DNA of 64,000 nt, from NCBI GenBank assembly GCA_965285935.1, contig OZ260666.1:47430001-47494000 (forward strand), read 5' to 3'. Below the pieces are notes generated by a model. It searched no databases and was not told where the DNA came from. It saw only the letters and a list, made by a program, of their open reading frames with translations. A program made the position numbers and the translations under genes. The stretch's first letter is position 1, and every line of letters begins with the position of its first letter. The DNA comes from Ophelia neglecta (lineage: Eukaryota). Positions 23,018 through 38,249 of this stretch are shown here, in pieces.

Positions 23018-26000
23018 CTGCTGAAAAATAGAAGTAACAAGGCTTAAAATAAGTTATCCCTTGTAATAAACTATTGAAAGCACACATATAATTAGGTGTC
23101 ATTGAATGTAAAATAGGCCACTTATCACTAAAGTCCATGTTTTTGTGTATAGAAGTATAAGCAGAAGGTATAAAATTATTACTGGAAAGCTGAAAGTAAT
23201 CAAAACATTGTTTGGTTTTGAAATCAGCCTACTATTGAGTTGTTTCTTATTTTCTTGCAATGAAACCAAAATGCTACTGATTGCCGGCCACCTATACAGA
23301 GACATAATCAACGAGTCAGTGGAGTATCCTCGATATCATCTAAGTCAGAGACACATAGAGAGCTCAAACGTTATCGAAGAATGAATTCTTTATCATGCTT
23401 AATACTTAGTGATATTCCTTTTTTTTGTTTTAGAAAGCGCAAATTGCTTACATTGCAAGCAATACGTATTATTGAAGCGAATCACTAGGGCTTGCAGAGG
23501 GCCTTGAAGCATTTAACTGGACCTGTATGGTTCTATGGTTCAGAGGAAGGTAAATTTGAGACGGTAAAATAATATAGTAAAATATTGCTTCAAAGCATGT
23601 CTTTTTTTTCTTGGAACAAAGATAATGGTGATTATTTTATGATGTAACGGTTTTAGACGTAACTATCAAAGCAGAAAGGCCATAGCAGGTTGTCCAGAAA
23701 CTGCACAAAACAGAGACCTGCATTGAGAGAACACGGCAGCTAAAATGCCAGGTATATCGGTGCTCAGTTTACAAGTTTCCATCTTTGTCGGGAGAAGATA
23801 CCTACCAAATGTCTCACAAGAGCCCCAATAATGTATATAAGGACTGCGTTTAATGGGCCCGGTTGTGCGTACAGGACAGTTTTGTACCTCCACACACATT
23901 GTTTATCTTTATCTGGTGCTGGATGAGTCATTCGTAAGAACCTAAATACCATAATTTGTCGGTTTGTTCTTTTTCGCCAAATTGTTCTGATCCAAAGGTG
24001 CCTGTGCTATTCCTATGTGATGATAGAATCGTTCTTGGTAGCACTCCCCAGTTATACTTTCTTAGTGGTTTCATTTGTAAAATTGACTATTTTTTTTTCC
24101 GGGATGGATCAAGCTGGCTTTCTTTTCAAGCAATGGATAGTGTATGCAGAAACAGATATTTCAAAACACGATTGCATATAAAGCAAAAATCGTTACGGAG
24201 CTGTGCAAGGTATAATTTGAAGGAAGTTTAAACTAAACCTATTTTATACCGAGTTCTTACATCATTGGCCGCACCCTCTCTATGATTGCTTAGAAGTGAT
24301 AAAAGTCTATAAAATAATCTCAACAATAAACAAGTCTGTCTTTGTTATGACATCAGAAAGATGTTAGTAATGTTGACTGTCTATAATTTGTAATATGGGA
24401 AATCTACTGTTAAGATAGTTTTATGTCCTTCTAATGGAATGGAATTTATTGCTAAACTCTCAATTCGTGAACATTGGAATTCAGAGATTTAATTGTCCAC
24501 ACTTAAGGTGCATTACACTGGGGCGCATCCATATTTTTGGCTTGATAAGCAGATTGATCTTGTCTGGCCTTATTACCATTGCCCGGATGATCACCACTTG
24601 TATCTTAAACCTGGGACGTCTTTGCTGACATTTTCGCCACAAAATCCTGCAAGTACGTTCGTAAATACTAAAATTACCATTACCAGCTTTTATTTTGTCA
24701 ACTTTCGGAATAACATTGCTTATTCAGAGATATATATTAAGGGTAATTCAGATTGAGTCGTTGTCTGCAATATAAGACAGATTGGTTTATTTTGGTCGAT
24801 GCCACTGCAATACCTTATAATCGGACTGAATGTTGAACAGACTACTAATAAGAATAAACTACCTATACACGGAACGCTGTTAAAGCCCGAATGACTATTT
24901 ATGAACTTATGTAAGTCTAACCAGCATTAATTGTACAGAAATGATAGGCACTGTTGGATGTTTCCGAACTTTTGCGTCAATCGATAGAAATATCAAGAAT
25001 AAATTAAACTATTTTAGTGGCAATCTCTCCTGTTTCATTAACACCTAATTCGTTCGAGACCTGTACCTTATGAAAATTCAGATTCTAGGGCTAGGAGAAA
25101 GCTCTCACCTTGGACGTTATAGGAGCATCTACTTGGCATACGATTCTGATTGCTTTGAAATGCTCTATAATGCAGATACTGGGGCGTTTTCAAAGCCTCG
25201 GGCAGCATTGATTGATTTTTTGAAGAGGGTTACTCTAGGGAGTAGACAAATACATTAACGCATGCGGTTCAATGGAAATCGGTTTTCACATTTGGGTAAC
25301 TTTCACCTTATGTTTGACTTACTGCAAAAAAGTCAGTACCCCTAGGACCAAGGCCAGTCAAATCATTTTACACAACTGGTAAGCAGTTTTTCGCAGTTGC
25401 ATTTCAAAGGTTGAACCAAATGGCTATGCCTTTGCCGAAACAACGCCATGCCACTTAGGATATTACTACTGGTAAAGATTGTGGTCAACTAGGTCGGGAT
25501 TTCTTTCCGCCTTTTTAAATTTGAAAGCTAACCTACGATTAACTAGATAAAAACCTAAGCACACAAAGAGGAATTTGTGCGCCAGAGGAGCCAATGAATA
25601 AAGAAATGGGGAGGCCCCCTTTTTGGAGGTTTTTTCTTCGGGCATGACAAAAACATCAACATTGACTTATTTGTTTATTTACCCAATTCCACCATCTTTG
25701 GGTATAAACATTCCTCCTAAGCGATATTCTTTGGGACCCAACATACAATGAACTTGTATAATGGGAACATTAATTAACATTAATAGTCATATATTCATTT
25801 CATTTAGTTAAATATGAAGCACCGTTGCATTTCACGTTAGTAGGAAGCCACTGCGACATCGCGTTCACTAGATCTAACCGGTCTTTTTTGATTATTAAAA
25901 CCACTCTCGAATTTAAAAGGGCATTTTTATCAAATTTGGTTAACCCCTTAATACCATAGAGTCATTTACAATTGCATTAAAAACGGCAAAATGCTACGTT

Positions 26001-29000
26001 TGCTTGCCACTTCATTTATTTCGTTCTAAGCTTACATGCGGTTCGATATTTTGTACATCCAGCCTCTCTCTTTGTTTTACTAACATGAAAGAGGTTTAGT
26101 TGGCTTAGGAAACTACTCAGGCAAATATGTTTTCTTAAAGCCGGGCCAAAATAGTTGACATTCATTTCAATTTACATTATCCTTTGACAGTCGCGTCTAA
26201 ATGACCGACGGTGTCTAAAGAAGTGGAGTATGGCCGAATTTCTTTCTCAGTTGTTTGAAGTACGTTACTGATATGAAATATAAATGAATTAAGCCAGTGG
26301 TTCCGCCGTGGTACTAAAATTGGTTGAAAATGGACTGTCCATTTTGAGGGATACTATGTCGAAGAAGACAAGGGGTTTCTAGGTTGATCCATTAGAGATG
26401 TAAGGGCGAATATTCAGTGAGTCCAATACACTGCACACGGGTAAATTATTCATGACGACACTTAAGGAAGACAATGTGGGTTATAAATGTTATATCAGAC
26501 TTAATTTGGCCATCGGTTTCCATGGTAACCATAGACAATGCATGTTAAAATAACTGTAAATTGCAGCGTGACAGTAATACGTGATCAACTGGGGGTTTCT
26601 GAGTCTTGTCGTACATAGGTTCAGTAGGCACACTGATACTTATAACAATCTACATGCCTGTGTATTGTCATATTGGTCAAGGACAGACTGAAATTGCCTG
26701 ACCGCTATAGTTACACAGGCGATGATCGTCTGTTCATAATCTTAATGTGGAAGTTTTGTATTTTCATCCAATTGCCAAGTTCTATCGATTGTCCGTCTCA
26801 GGAACTTCTAAGATTACATACTAATCTTGCACTGTGAAGGACCTGACAGAGACACTTCATGTGAACCCATACGAACTTATTTTTTAGTGCGTCTTGCCCT
26901 TGTTTATCTTGTCAGTTGATCAAGTAACATGAACTGGGCATGCAGTAACAATTGGCACTGATTAAGTAAGTAAATTTGAATACACATCAGTGCAATATTA
27001 CCCTTAGAATTCCCTGAGTACTGTGCCATTTCAAAATGATTTAGGTCATGATGAGCTCTCTGGCAGGCCTATAACCAACATCCTTTTGCAGCTGCAACAG
27101 ACCAAATGCATTTCACAGATAAATTATTAGGATCAAAAGCCTTTCGCTTGGTTTGAAATCCACCAATGTCCCCAAGAGGTCAGTCTTCAAAGGATAAAAA
27201 AAAACTGTTGTGAAAAATGTACAGGCCCTGATTTAGGCATGCGTGTTTCCTAACCTTTCAATATGGGACTAATGAATACAACAGTTATGATATTGAACAA
27301 TAACAATAGTTTTCTCGGCAGGTATTAGAAAGCTGTATTGAAAAAAACTGGAGGAACGATGCACCTTGCTCGTAAGAATGTCAGGCATCAGTGTTGTCCT
27401 ATATTAAGAGGAAGATTCAGAGTTTTAAATTGACTTTTACATTATAGATAAAATATTAACGATCCCAGGGTAGTCCCTGCACACTAAAAAGTGACTTTGT
27501 ATAATAAATGCTTCTAAATGCTCTCTTGGGAAACACGTAATTTTATGTGCATTCTTGATTGTCGAATTTGTTTTGTCTGCGCGCGTATCCAGTTCCGTTT
27601 TTTGATTGGCCATATGCTCAAACTAAACAGTAAATTCAGATATACTTTGCTATTTGCCAAATCTCCTGCATTAGAGTGGTCATATTTTCTATCTGAAAAC
27701 ATTCAAAATATTAATGTTTGAACGGAAAGAGGTTTTTCATATTCATTCCTTATTCATGCCTATAAATGAGATAGGAAATTTAAGTTGATATGAAGAATGT
27801 ATAATTAAAGGTTAATCAGAGCACGACTGTGAAACACTGTGAAACAAAATGCTCGACTACTTTAGAAACATCTACTCTATACTTAGCTCTATTGTTCACT
27901 TACTCCCACAACGTTCTAGTTGGTAACAATAGAATATAAGATAGACTTCTCAGAAATGTTTTATCCATATTACATCTATTACAATTTGATATCAATATGC
28001 AATAACCATTTGCTAATATCCGTTACGACATTTTCATCTTCTAAGAAATCGTAGCCCAAAGTGTCTCAGCCATTTGCAATATGAATGTTGTCAGAGCTAG
28101 AAACACCTCTTTAAATAAGCCAGTAATAGCCAAATTGAAGATATATTACTGCTTACATAAACTCTCGAAAAAGCAAATTAAATAAGCAACCAGGGTCTAC
28201 ACAGTGCATAGCTATTGCAGATACTGAAAAATCATTGCATTGGGCTGTTAGGTCCGTAATGGCAACTGTTTTAATGGCTCCACTATAAATTATTATTGCC
28301 CCATAAATATGACATTTGGGCGGTTGATTGTGACGGCATTGTACGAAGAGTAGTTTACTTGCGAAACTAAAATTCATCACATTGATTGTCAACGCTTTAC
28401 ATAGTCATTTGAAATAGCATATTTTAAAGAATGGGTGATAAAAAGTCTCTGGAAATAGTGTTGAGTTTCGTATTTATATAAATTGAACGCTATACAAATA
28501 AATTGCCCGAGTTTGTAACAAATCGCAAATCTTACATTTGAATACCTCATTCGTCTTGCTATTACTCCTCCCTATACTGGCATACGTTAATTATCTAAAA
28601 TTGCAGGCATCCCAGATCACCTTGGAGGAGATTTTGGTCATAAGTTATTGTCTTCGCCAAACATCTCGCCTTTGTATAATTTCACAGCCCCCGAATGGCC
28701 AAAGGCATCAATTATGACATATAACTGTTATCTTGCTTATATTTTGCTTGATTTTTAGTTATTGCGTTTTGGATAAGATGGAAATCTGTGGACTATCAGA
28801 AACCTTTGGTTTTCAGCATTTGATGGGGAAGGATCTATCCACATTTATCTTTGCAATGCGACAAGTAGAGATACGATAATTTTTAGTGTTTCAATAATTT
28901 ACATTGAGATTTATAAACTAATGAAATGGCTTATAACAATAATATGTTTAAGATAATATTTTGATGCTGTTTAATTGAATAAGTATTACCCCTACCCTTG

Positions 29001-32000
29001 TTGAATAATGTCACCAGTACAACAGTCGTGTATTTATTGGTTCTCATTCTTTGTTAAATAGTTGTATTTTATACAATTACTAAAGAGAAAAATTATAAGT
29101 AGAACTGATTACGTAAAGGCCTACCTGCTTTTATAGTCGAACCATAAGGGAGAGAACAGTAGAGCGGTCAATCGGTTCAGAACAACACCTCCTTACTTGA
29201 TTGTCAATCAAACTTGTTCTATCACGATTACTTGATTGATGTCTGCATATTCATTATTTTAATCAGCGAATCATTCTATAAGTCCGACATTAAGAGCAAT
29301 CTTCCTCTGATCTCATCTTATATATATATATACCATTTATTAACGCGACAAATTTATGATGATCAAAGTTAAATTGTTCACTTTACAAAATGATTCCCAA
29401 TGGCACAAATGAACGACATTCTGCTTTGCAGTGGACGTCCGGATGTGCGTGGTATTCTATTCTGGGCTTGTAAATTCTATAACAAGTTGGTGGTAGGCAG
29501 AGTATCGCACTCGTTTTCTACCCAGACTTAAGCTTAGCTTACATGATCCTTCGGGTGCCGTCGATACAATGACGAAATTGGAACCATAAACACATTGAGA
29601 ATAGGAGCGTGTGTTCGTTTGGATCAATTGTGAAACCTTCAATCGTCATTGACAGATTTTGCTCGCGAAATTGGGCAGCTACCATTGCGTATCATCCCAT
29701 ATGTCAGGATAATACCTAAGATGAAGTCACTCAACGTTAACTCGCTTGTTGACTGAAAGCGGCCTTTGTACGTCCTGTGGGAGTTAGTGGAAATACTGAC
29801 TTGATGAAAAACAGAGAAAATTGAGTTAGTTGCCTTTAAGCACATCAGATGATTCCCTATCACACGTCTAGAGATTCCCATAACACGCTTCAGATTGATT
29901 TTGAGTCGAGTAGGGAAGACTCACACCCCACACTATCATAGACGAAAGGCTATGCAAACAGCTTCAATAATAAAAGATTGTTATAGCCCTGACATAGATA
30001 CGCAAGCATTCAATGGTTTCCTGACTAATTGAGATGCATTTATTACTGGAAGTGACAGAGACAATTTACAAAGTTGCAGATAGTCCTCTTTGCGAGGAAA
30101 CAATGACACTGGTGAGTCAGGGGTTGACGCTTTTCAATCAAGCCTACATGACAAAATATTAAAATTATTCAAATTTGCAACACAGAGCGGGACAGTTTTA
30201 TCAAGAAATACAATCCAGGCATTGTTCCTTCGACGAGTTGTTCCATTATACCCTTGTGCTAAACAGTTTACTATTGGTTGGATCCGGAAGGTACTCTTTT
30301 GTGAGCCCCCACCTGTGTTAACATTTTTTCTGAAGACACAGGATTACTGTCGAAACTAGTATAGAAACCTTACTGATTCATTAGGTGTCTCAACTTATTT
30401 TTAATACTTATATATATATAATATTACATACGAGTGTAGAGAAGAGATGGTATCAAATTTGATCAAAATAATAATATATCGATGCCACTTGTAAATGATA
30501 CATGTGAGTTTCCATAGCCAATCGTTTAGTGCCAGATCTCTCAGCCAAACACTCCTATGTAGCACGAACACCACAACCAAAATATTTCGAACACCCTAAC
30601 AGCAAACATGCGGTTAATATAACCGGACGTTCTCATAATCTTTATTTGAAAAAACTAAATATTTTCAATACCATTATAACCATTAATTCATTGCATATGC
30701 TAAAACGCTTTTTTTTTCAGAAAAAAACGTGTTCAAAAGCTCTGTTCAGTAAAACAATGAATATCTAAAAGGACACAATATTAACATGATTACATGGATA
30801 ATATATAATACTTTGATATTACCTGCAGAATATATGCATTCTAATAAAAGGGAATAATCAACACACAACAATTATACATAAGAAAGGTAAATTAATATAC
30901 TGGGACTCCGTAGAGCTTCAAACACCAGTGAACATTCAATTTGGCAATGAATTGATTAGTGGTACAAATACAGATTTAAATAAATAGTAACATTATTTCC
31001 AAGTTATGCACGGAATCAAACTGATAAATCATATCGTGACGATTGTTTCCTGACAGTCATAATCAAAGATAAGCCTACTTGGAAGAAATTAAGAACCATG
31101 AAATTTGGTTGAAATAAAAGAAATCGATTGAAAGGTGAGGAAGCTGTCGGTGTGATAATACCCATTCTTTTTTTTAGGGAGCATTAGATTTAGATGTACT
31201 CAGGAGGCTTTTACCTTTTGCTTTTCCAGCCGTATGGTCCCTTGAATTGGTTGTGGTGCCATTACAGTTCAATCAATATGGCCCAAATCATTAAGGAGGA
31301 ATACATATATTACCAAAATTGTATACTTCAGTATACAATTATATACACGTAGATTGCTTTGGTAATGATATTTCGAGCAAGGACCATTTTTTATCATTGA
31401 CTTGACTTTTATCATAAGGAACGTAATTTAACCCGGAAATTATACCCTAGCATCTTAAATAATCTGAAAACGGCATTTGATTAGGTTATACGGATCAATT
31501 ATTTCAAATAGTATTACAATATAAGATAGCTGGCAGATTGCATGTGGTTGTGACGTATTAATAGATACAGTAGATATTGTATTAAATTGATGAGCAAATC
31601 TGTTCTGATTGGTTTGATACATGTTGTTGAGTTAAATAAGGGGATAATCACTCTCCAAATCTGTCTTGTCCATTTCTCAACGAATTACCAAATGTCACTC
31701 GACACTCGCTGTCAGATTAAGAGTAGGTAATTACAACATTAATATTTGGATGTATCGATCCCAATGATCAGGTTCTCTTCATGGAAATGAGGCGGGTTTG
31801 CATTTATCTGGATCGTTTGGTGGAAATAGACAATTAATAATTTCAAAATCTAAGGTTGTGCATTACAAATCCAGAGGACATTATATTGCTTTTGGACATT
31901 GAGTACTATTAAGGTGGCTTTTATTGTCGTTTGGTTTTCTTGTTTGCCTTTCACTTTTGTTTTTAATTTTTTTCGTTTGTTTGTTTTTGCATTGTATCCG

Positions 32001-35000
32001 TGTAAACATTTAGGTGACAATAAAGTAATAATAATTATGATTATGATCATTATCAATAAAACATTTACTCACTTTTTAAAACGTTTGATGCTAGAACTAT
32101 CACAAACGATATGCTCTATAGGGTATTTTAGAGTGTGTATGATTCGGTCTAGTGGCTCCTTCCTGTCCTATTGATAGTATTACACTAACGATATACTGTT
32201 TTACCGAGGTCCTGCGACAAGAAATGGAAGTTATGTAATTTTGATCAGAGAAAAAAGAAAATTGGCCTGGTAAGTCCGGCATTTTTTCTCCTAAAAGAAA
32301 TAGTTTTACTCAAAACTCACCAAGTTGCAAGGGCCAGAAACGTGGTATTTTTCTTGCAGGAACCGATGGGTGAAATAGTTGGCTATGAATAACAACATGG
32401 CGTTACGGTTGTTAGTAAGGCAACATTCAACCTTTGTTCTTAACACTTTCTTACGTCTAGCTAATGCTTGTTGTCTCCTTAGCAAGCCATTATTTTTATT
32501 ACGTTATTTAATAATAATGCGTATCTATAACCAGGTAGCGAACTCCTTTGACTTCTAGACAAGACTTCATCAATACAAGTGCAATCAGCTGTATAGTGTT
32601 AGTGGGTTTTGCTCTTCCGTTGTTCTGTTAGGGTTGTTTACAGGAGATGAAAAAGCCCACCTTTATCTTCTTCCCGAGTATATTTGCGTTTATTTATCTT
32701 TGTGCAAAAAAAGGATGTCACAAGGTTTGTGAACTAAAGACCAAATTGACAAGTGAAGGGCCAATATAAAATCCTCTCCCACTAAATAAAGCCTTTGGAA
32801 GTAATCTAGATGCGCTCACGTGACTCCCGGTGTATGTTTGCTCGTTTTCAAGGAATAATTGGGCATTGCTTGTTAAAAAGTCTGTTTGAATGTAAGTATG
32901 GGTCTACATTCAACTAAGTCCTGACTTGCCAAGTTGAAACCAATCTCATGCTGGCTAAGTCTTATGGTACTAATGATACCACTCCACAAATGCAAAATGA
33001 AGTAGACCAGAAAACCTCACGTTTCCTGGGGATCCAATACAGGAAATCGCAAATATGTTTCGAAGTGCAACCGATTGCTTGGGCTGTACGTAGATGGAGC
33101 GTGTTACAGTTAATGTAACATCCTTGATCTCTGATTTGGTTGTTTTGCAGATTACTCAGTGTCGGCTTTCAAGTCATAAGGCCGGAACACCTTACATTTT
33201 TGACGTGTGTTAATTTATGTTCTTTAAAAAGTTGCCAATGCGACACTGTACCCTAATTTGACTGGGCGCTATACCACTGGTTACTTGCACCCAGCTAGTT
33301 TTATCGCATTGGACGTGAATATTGTTTTCTTCTCAAATTATTTGTAATAGGCTGATCAAGAAAATGTTAATGATACATTAACTATACATCCGAGTATAGC
33401 ATCTGTTTTAAGGAGATGTATTACTACAATTAGGACTGTTCAATATATGTGTGTACATAGCAATAGTGGGAATATAGGCCTAACTTGGCCATTAATATAA
33501 TAATATGTGGTCGCAGCCCTCGACACACTCAAAGACAAGCTAATGTGAATTAAACTGATGAAAATAAAAAAAGAACTATGGATCAGAGACTTGCCAATAT
33601 CCCAGATAATCCCATTCGATATCCCATTGATCAAATTATTTGATCCATAGTTAACATCGCTCGAATGTACAAGGTATTCGTTATGGTGTTTTTTATTGCC
33701 TCTCCTCTATATTTCGGTGGAGCTTTGTGCAAATGACGAATGCCAAAGCTTTGGCAAACGCTACATCTGCTACTAAATACTGTACAATATTAATCATTTT
33801 TTAACAAAAACCAAACCCTTAAAGCTCAAGTTGTACTGGGTATATTGAATTGGGTTTTGATACGATAAACATTATGTTCATTTTAGCCGAACCTAAAAGG
33901 CCATTGTAGCCTTTGCACAGCTGTACACATTTTATTATTTCCGGTATATATAAAGTATTATTTTGGGCTTAAAAAGGGGAATATTCACTTTTTATTATTC
34001 TGACGAGTAATAGTTATTATTCTTATTTATCAATCTTATGAATGTGACTCATGGATCATAAAAATTGATTTATTCTCTTGAGTTTAAAATAATCGAATGA
34101 GAGAGACAAAACTTCATGAATTCAACTCAAATCGATATTTCCTGTTTTAATGAACCATGCATGGGTAATGGCTGTATGCTAGTTTTGCAGCAAAATACTT
34201 ATTCATCAGACTTTGATATGTCATAACTTTGGCCATCCGTCTTACTATTATTATTTCTTGCGGTTCCTAAAATGCAGTAGCCACTCGCATTCTAATCAGT
34301 CTCCGCCATCAGAAATAACCGAATACAGGCCATCTCGCGAGATGGAATTTGGCGGCTTGACACTGCCTAATAAACAAATTATAATTCATATCTGTTTACT
34401 TTTCGGTGCTCGGTGGCGTGCTGTAAGACCGCATGATGCAGTGATTTATTTAGATAAGCATATTTGAAAGTGAATGTAAACACCGACATAGGCCGATAAT
34501 GATTGCTACCAGTAAAACACGGTATTTCTCTTGATAACGTACGTAAGATCCTCGATTCCTGCAGCTTAAAGTGCAATTATCAAATCGAAGCTCTGGTAGT
34601 TGGCAATGCTTTGGAGACGGTTCCGGGGCCGGCATGTGGGGCTTCTATCACAATACAAACTGGTATGAATAGAACTCCTTATAAAAATAACATCATTGCA
34701 CATTATTTTTATTTAAGAAAAAAAAAACATCTGTCTGTTGACGAGTTAATGGCTGTTGCCTCGGTTCACTTGCCTGCTATTGCTATTTACCTGGATATAT
34801 TGAAATTAACTGCACTCTCTATGTGTAAAACTCGTTTAATTCCGGCATACAGCATTAAACTTATTTAAAACCGATCGCGGCTAACAAGATTAACATAAAT
34901 TATTGAACATCCTAAGGACATCAAATTAAACGGCTACTCATTCAGACAATAAAGAACTTCATTGCAAGAGTAGTATCCAAGAAAAGGTGGCGAGGTCAGG

Positions 35001-38000
35001 CGATTCTTTCTGTACTTTGTTTTTCGTGTTTAATTTTAGTTTAACCACAAAGCGATGGGTTTTTTTAATCGTTGGGGATTTCCTGCCAGTTGCCCAAGTT
35101 AGAGCTGTCGCTCTGCTTATATGTGAAAGACAGGGGGCAATCATGGAATTATAATTAATATCCCACTCTTCCAATTAATTAAAGAAGAAGTAATAACTTC
35201 AATGCATTGATGAGTCTATAATAGTGCTAAAACATCGCCGGAAAAAAAGCGTCGAAGAGGATAATAATTTACTCTTTCCGCTTCGTGAAAGCTAATCTCG
35301 GAAAGAGATTACAGCTATAGCAGTTTCTGGTCTCGGTGTCTTCCAGAAACACCTGACATTGAAACAAATCCGCAATCAGCCATAGTGCTGCTGTAATCAA
35401 TTAATACCTGAGGCGTCTATGTGTGACATTTCTGGTGACAATATATCTGAATGATGCACGGCACCGAGATATTCGCCAAAGGAAATATTAAATGCATGAG
35501 GTAAGTGAATCATAGTCCTATGATTCACTGGTATATTGAATTTCTTTCGCATTTTCTCTAATCAAATCACTACACTCGAACTTCCGTTTATCGGTTTGAA
35601 AAACTATTAAGCACGAGTATTGTGAGATATCGTACGTCGTATATATGAGAAAAAAGAAACGGAAGCCAAACGACGATAGACAAAATAAGAGTGCGTTTGT
35701 TGAGAATCTAGTATGACATATTGAAAAACAAGTTGTGCAGGAAGCAGACTGGATACATTTTATAGAATGCTTCCATAATCAATGTACTTATTTATGTTCG
35801 CAAATAATGTAATAACAAATAACCAGCAATTCGCATTGTGGGTTGGGCCTCTCCAGGTCAAAAATTTAGTTTATTACGAAACCGGTGGATTAACGACCCA
35901 CGGCTTTCCATTACCAAGAAAATATGGTAGCAATACCGTGTCGCTTAATGGCAGGTTCTGGTAAAGGCCTGTGATTAGTTCCGATTGAATCTGTCAACAT
36001 ATGGCCAGGCTGTATACATCTTACGGGTGGCACACCCTTCCAAGACATTACATAAACTATCTGCTTGCATAGCAAATTGAAGCTAGCCAAATCGCGAGGT
36101 GAGGCGTGATGCTTTATCAACACTCGAGGAAAACTCAGTAATACTCATCTATTATGTTCGACGGGTGTGTGTTCGTAAATTCAGGAAAACTCTCTATAGT
36201 TTCCTATTATGGACATTATAATTAATATTACTGTCTGTACCCTGTGAAAACTGCTAAGGCAAGGGCGGGGCTATGGGGGTAAGGGTGCGTCCGGTTTTCA
36301 AGGGTCTCTCTTCATCCCCTTGTTTTGTAAAGGCAAATCGGATGGTTTTCAGGGGGAAAGTGGCTGGCCCCATCCCCGTCAGCCCTCCCCCTGCCCCCTG
36401 CTCCCCCCCCCCGCTTCCCCTTAGGTTCTCTAACCAATTCCTGGATCAGCCATGTTTAGACTAAACACGATACCGCATACAAATTACATTCTGTTGGTCC
36501 CGCGAGGACAACAGTCATCATCAGATGACATCTAGGTAAGACCAAAAGAGTCAGGGAAGAATACTTATCGCTCTAGCTGGTCAATCCAATATGTTAAGAT
36601 CAACACTGTTAATAACATGGCAGCGGAGAGTAAATATTTCTGCCGCCGATAATTATTCTAGTCAAAGACAATATCATGTAATTTCACAACAATTATTGAC
36701 CAAAGAAATCGTTGTTGCAATAAATACTGATTTTGATATCGTGGCCTTTTTAGTAATATATTAGTTGGGAGAACGGGGCAAAACAGAAGCTCGGAAAAAT
36801 AAATCTATTTAAAATCGGGAATAACTTACGGTACAATGAAACCCTTCAAAATAGTATGATCGTATAAACGAAACCATAGACAGATACCAAATAAAAATAT
36901 AAAACAGCGATATAAAAAAGGTGTTATGAAGACTTATGCCGGGCCATGCATAGGCAGTACCATCCATTCCAAATGTAAATAAACTCTATTTAAAAAGTCC
37001 TTTCTTGCCCCCGTGTGGCCATTTACAAATACGGCAATAAATCAGACTTGGTTAAGACTCATCCTATGTGATAATTATTATTGCGTTTTGCCTCTTTGGC
37101 AAACTATCAAATATCATGATTGGCGGTGCCTTTAGACACAACAACTAGTTTTCTAATACGACACGAGCTCTTCAAAATAAACGTAATGGAGACAAGAAAT
37201 TGGTCGTGCTCCTTCTTGTCCCGTGACCCCCTTTGTCCGCGCCATGAGTTACTGGAGAAAACGATGTACGCACAGTACAGATAACTCCAGTTCATATTGT
37301 AAATGATTGAAGTTTCTTGGTATAATGTCGAATTTTCTGAAGAAATGGGTAACTTATTTTTGTATTGCACACTGGGCGAAAAAGAAAAAAAGTAGATGAT
37401 TATTGAAGTTGACAAATAGTTGATAGAGGACATAGCTATGCAAATTTCGAATGGCTTTAGTGCTAAAAGTCGCATATACGTGTTGAATCGCCAAGTTTGT
37501 CGACATAGCAAAATAAATACGACATCCGTCAGTCGAATTATTAATGCTGTTCAATTACCAAGAAAAAGACAGCCTAGAAATTAGCTAAGCGATTGCATTT
37601 TTTGAAAGTAAAGCTAGCATGGAAAATGCTTAACTAAAAGTTTTGTCGCTGTTTCCCGGAGACGTTTACCGAGGAGATCCCTCTAAAACCGACCTCTGCG
37701 CCAAGCAGGCGAATTGGTGATCAAAAGCACCAAATCGACAATGTTGTTCACGTAGGCTTTTACAAAGTAAATGCCAATCGCATACCGCTGCTGTCTGTTT
37801 AGGAAGATATACGAGGTCTGTGCCGGGTGTGTCGCCGCTTGGCTCCTATCAAGGCCTATGCTCCCCGACCTGGGACTAGCTAGGATTGGTGGCCCAGGTA
37901 GATCGCTTTGTCGCTGAGTAACCCGGCCTCAGCGACAATCCAAAATAATTGATGAGGTGATGAGTATTTTTCCAGACGAATAAACTGGCAATCATGGTAA

Positions 38001-38109
38001 TATTTGATAGAAAGTGTCCCTTTCTTGAAACGAACTAAATCTTAACAAGAGACAATAGGGAGATAAAGGCTCGAGAAATAATAAATAATAAATATAAGTT
38101 AGTAATTAC

Positions 38110-38231
38110 CATCTCCTAAACCGCCCAACCGAGAGGCCTAAAGTATCCGTTCAATCTCTGTTACCACGGGGATTATTTCTAGACTACAAGTAACTTGGGT
38201 CTCTCTTGGTATAATTTCTTCGAGCTAGTGT
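38110..38231 (-). other. Candidate first exon of the DLamide gene (5'UTR ending in ATG)
   Basis: Starts about 25-30 nt downstream of a TATA box and contains no upstream ATG. Ends ggagATG|GTAATT. Splicing to either AG at 23021 or 23018 keeps the precursor frame (M-Q-M-G-C or M-M-G-C). Confidence 0.4.
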
Positions 38232-38249
38232 GGAAGGTGGGTATGTGCC

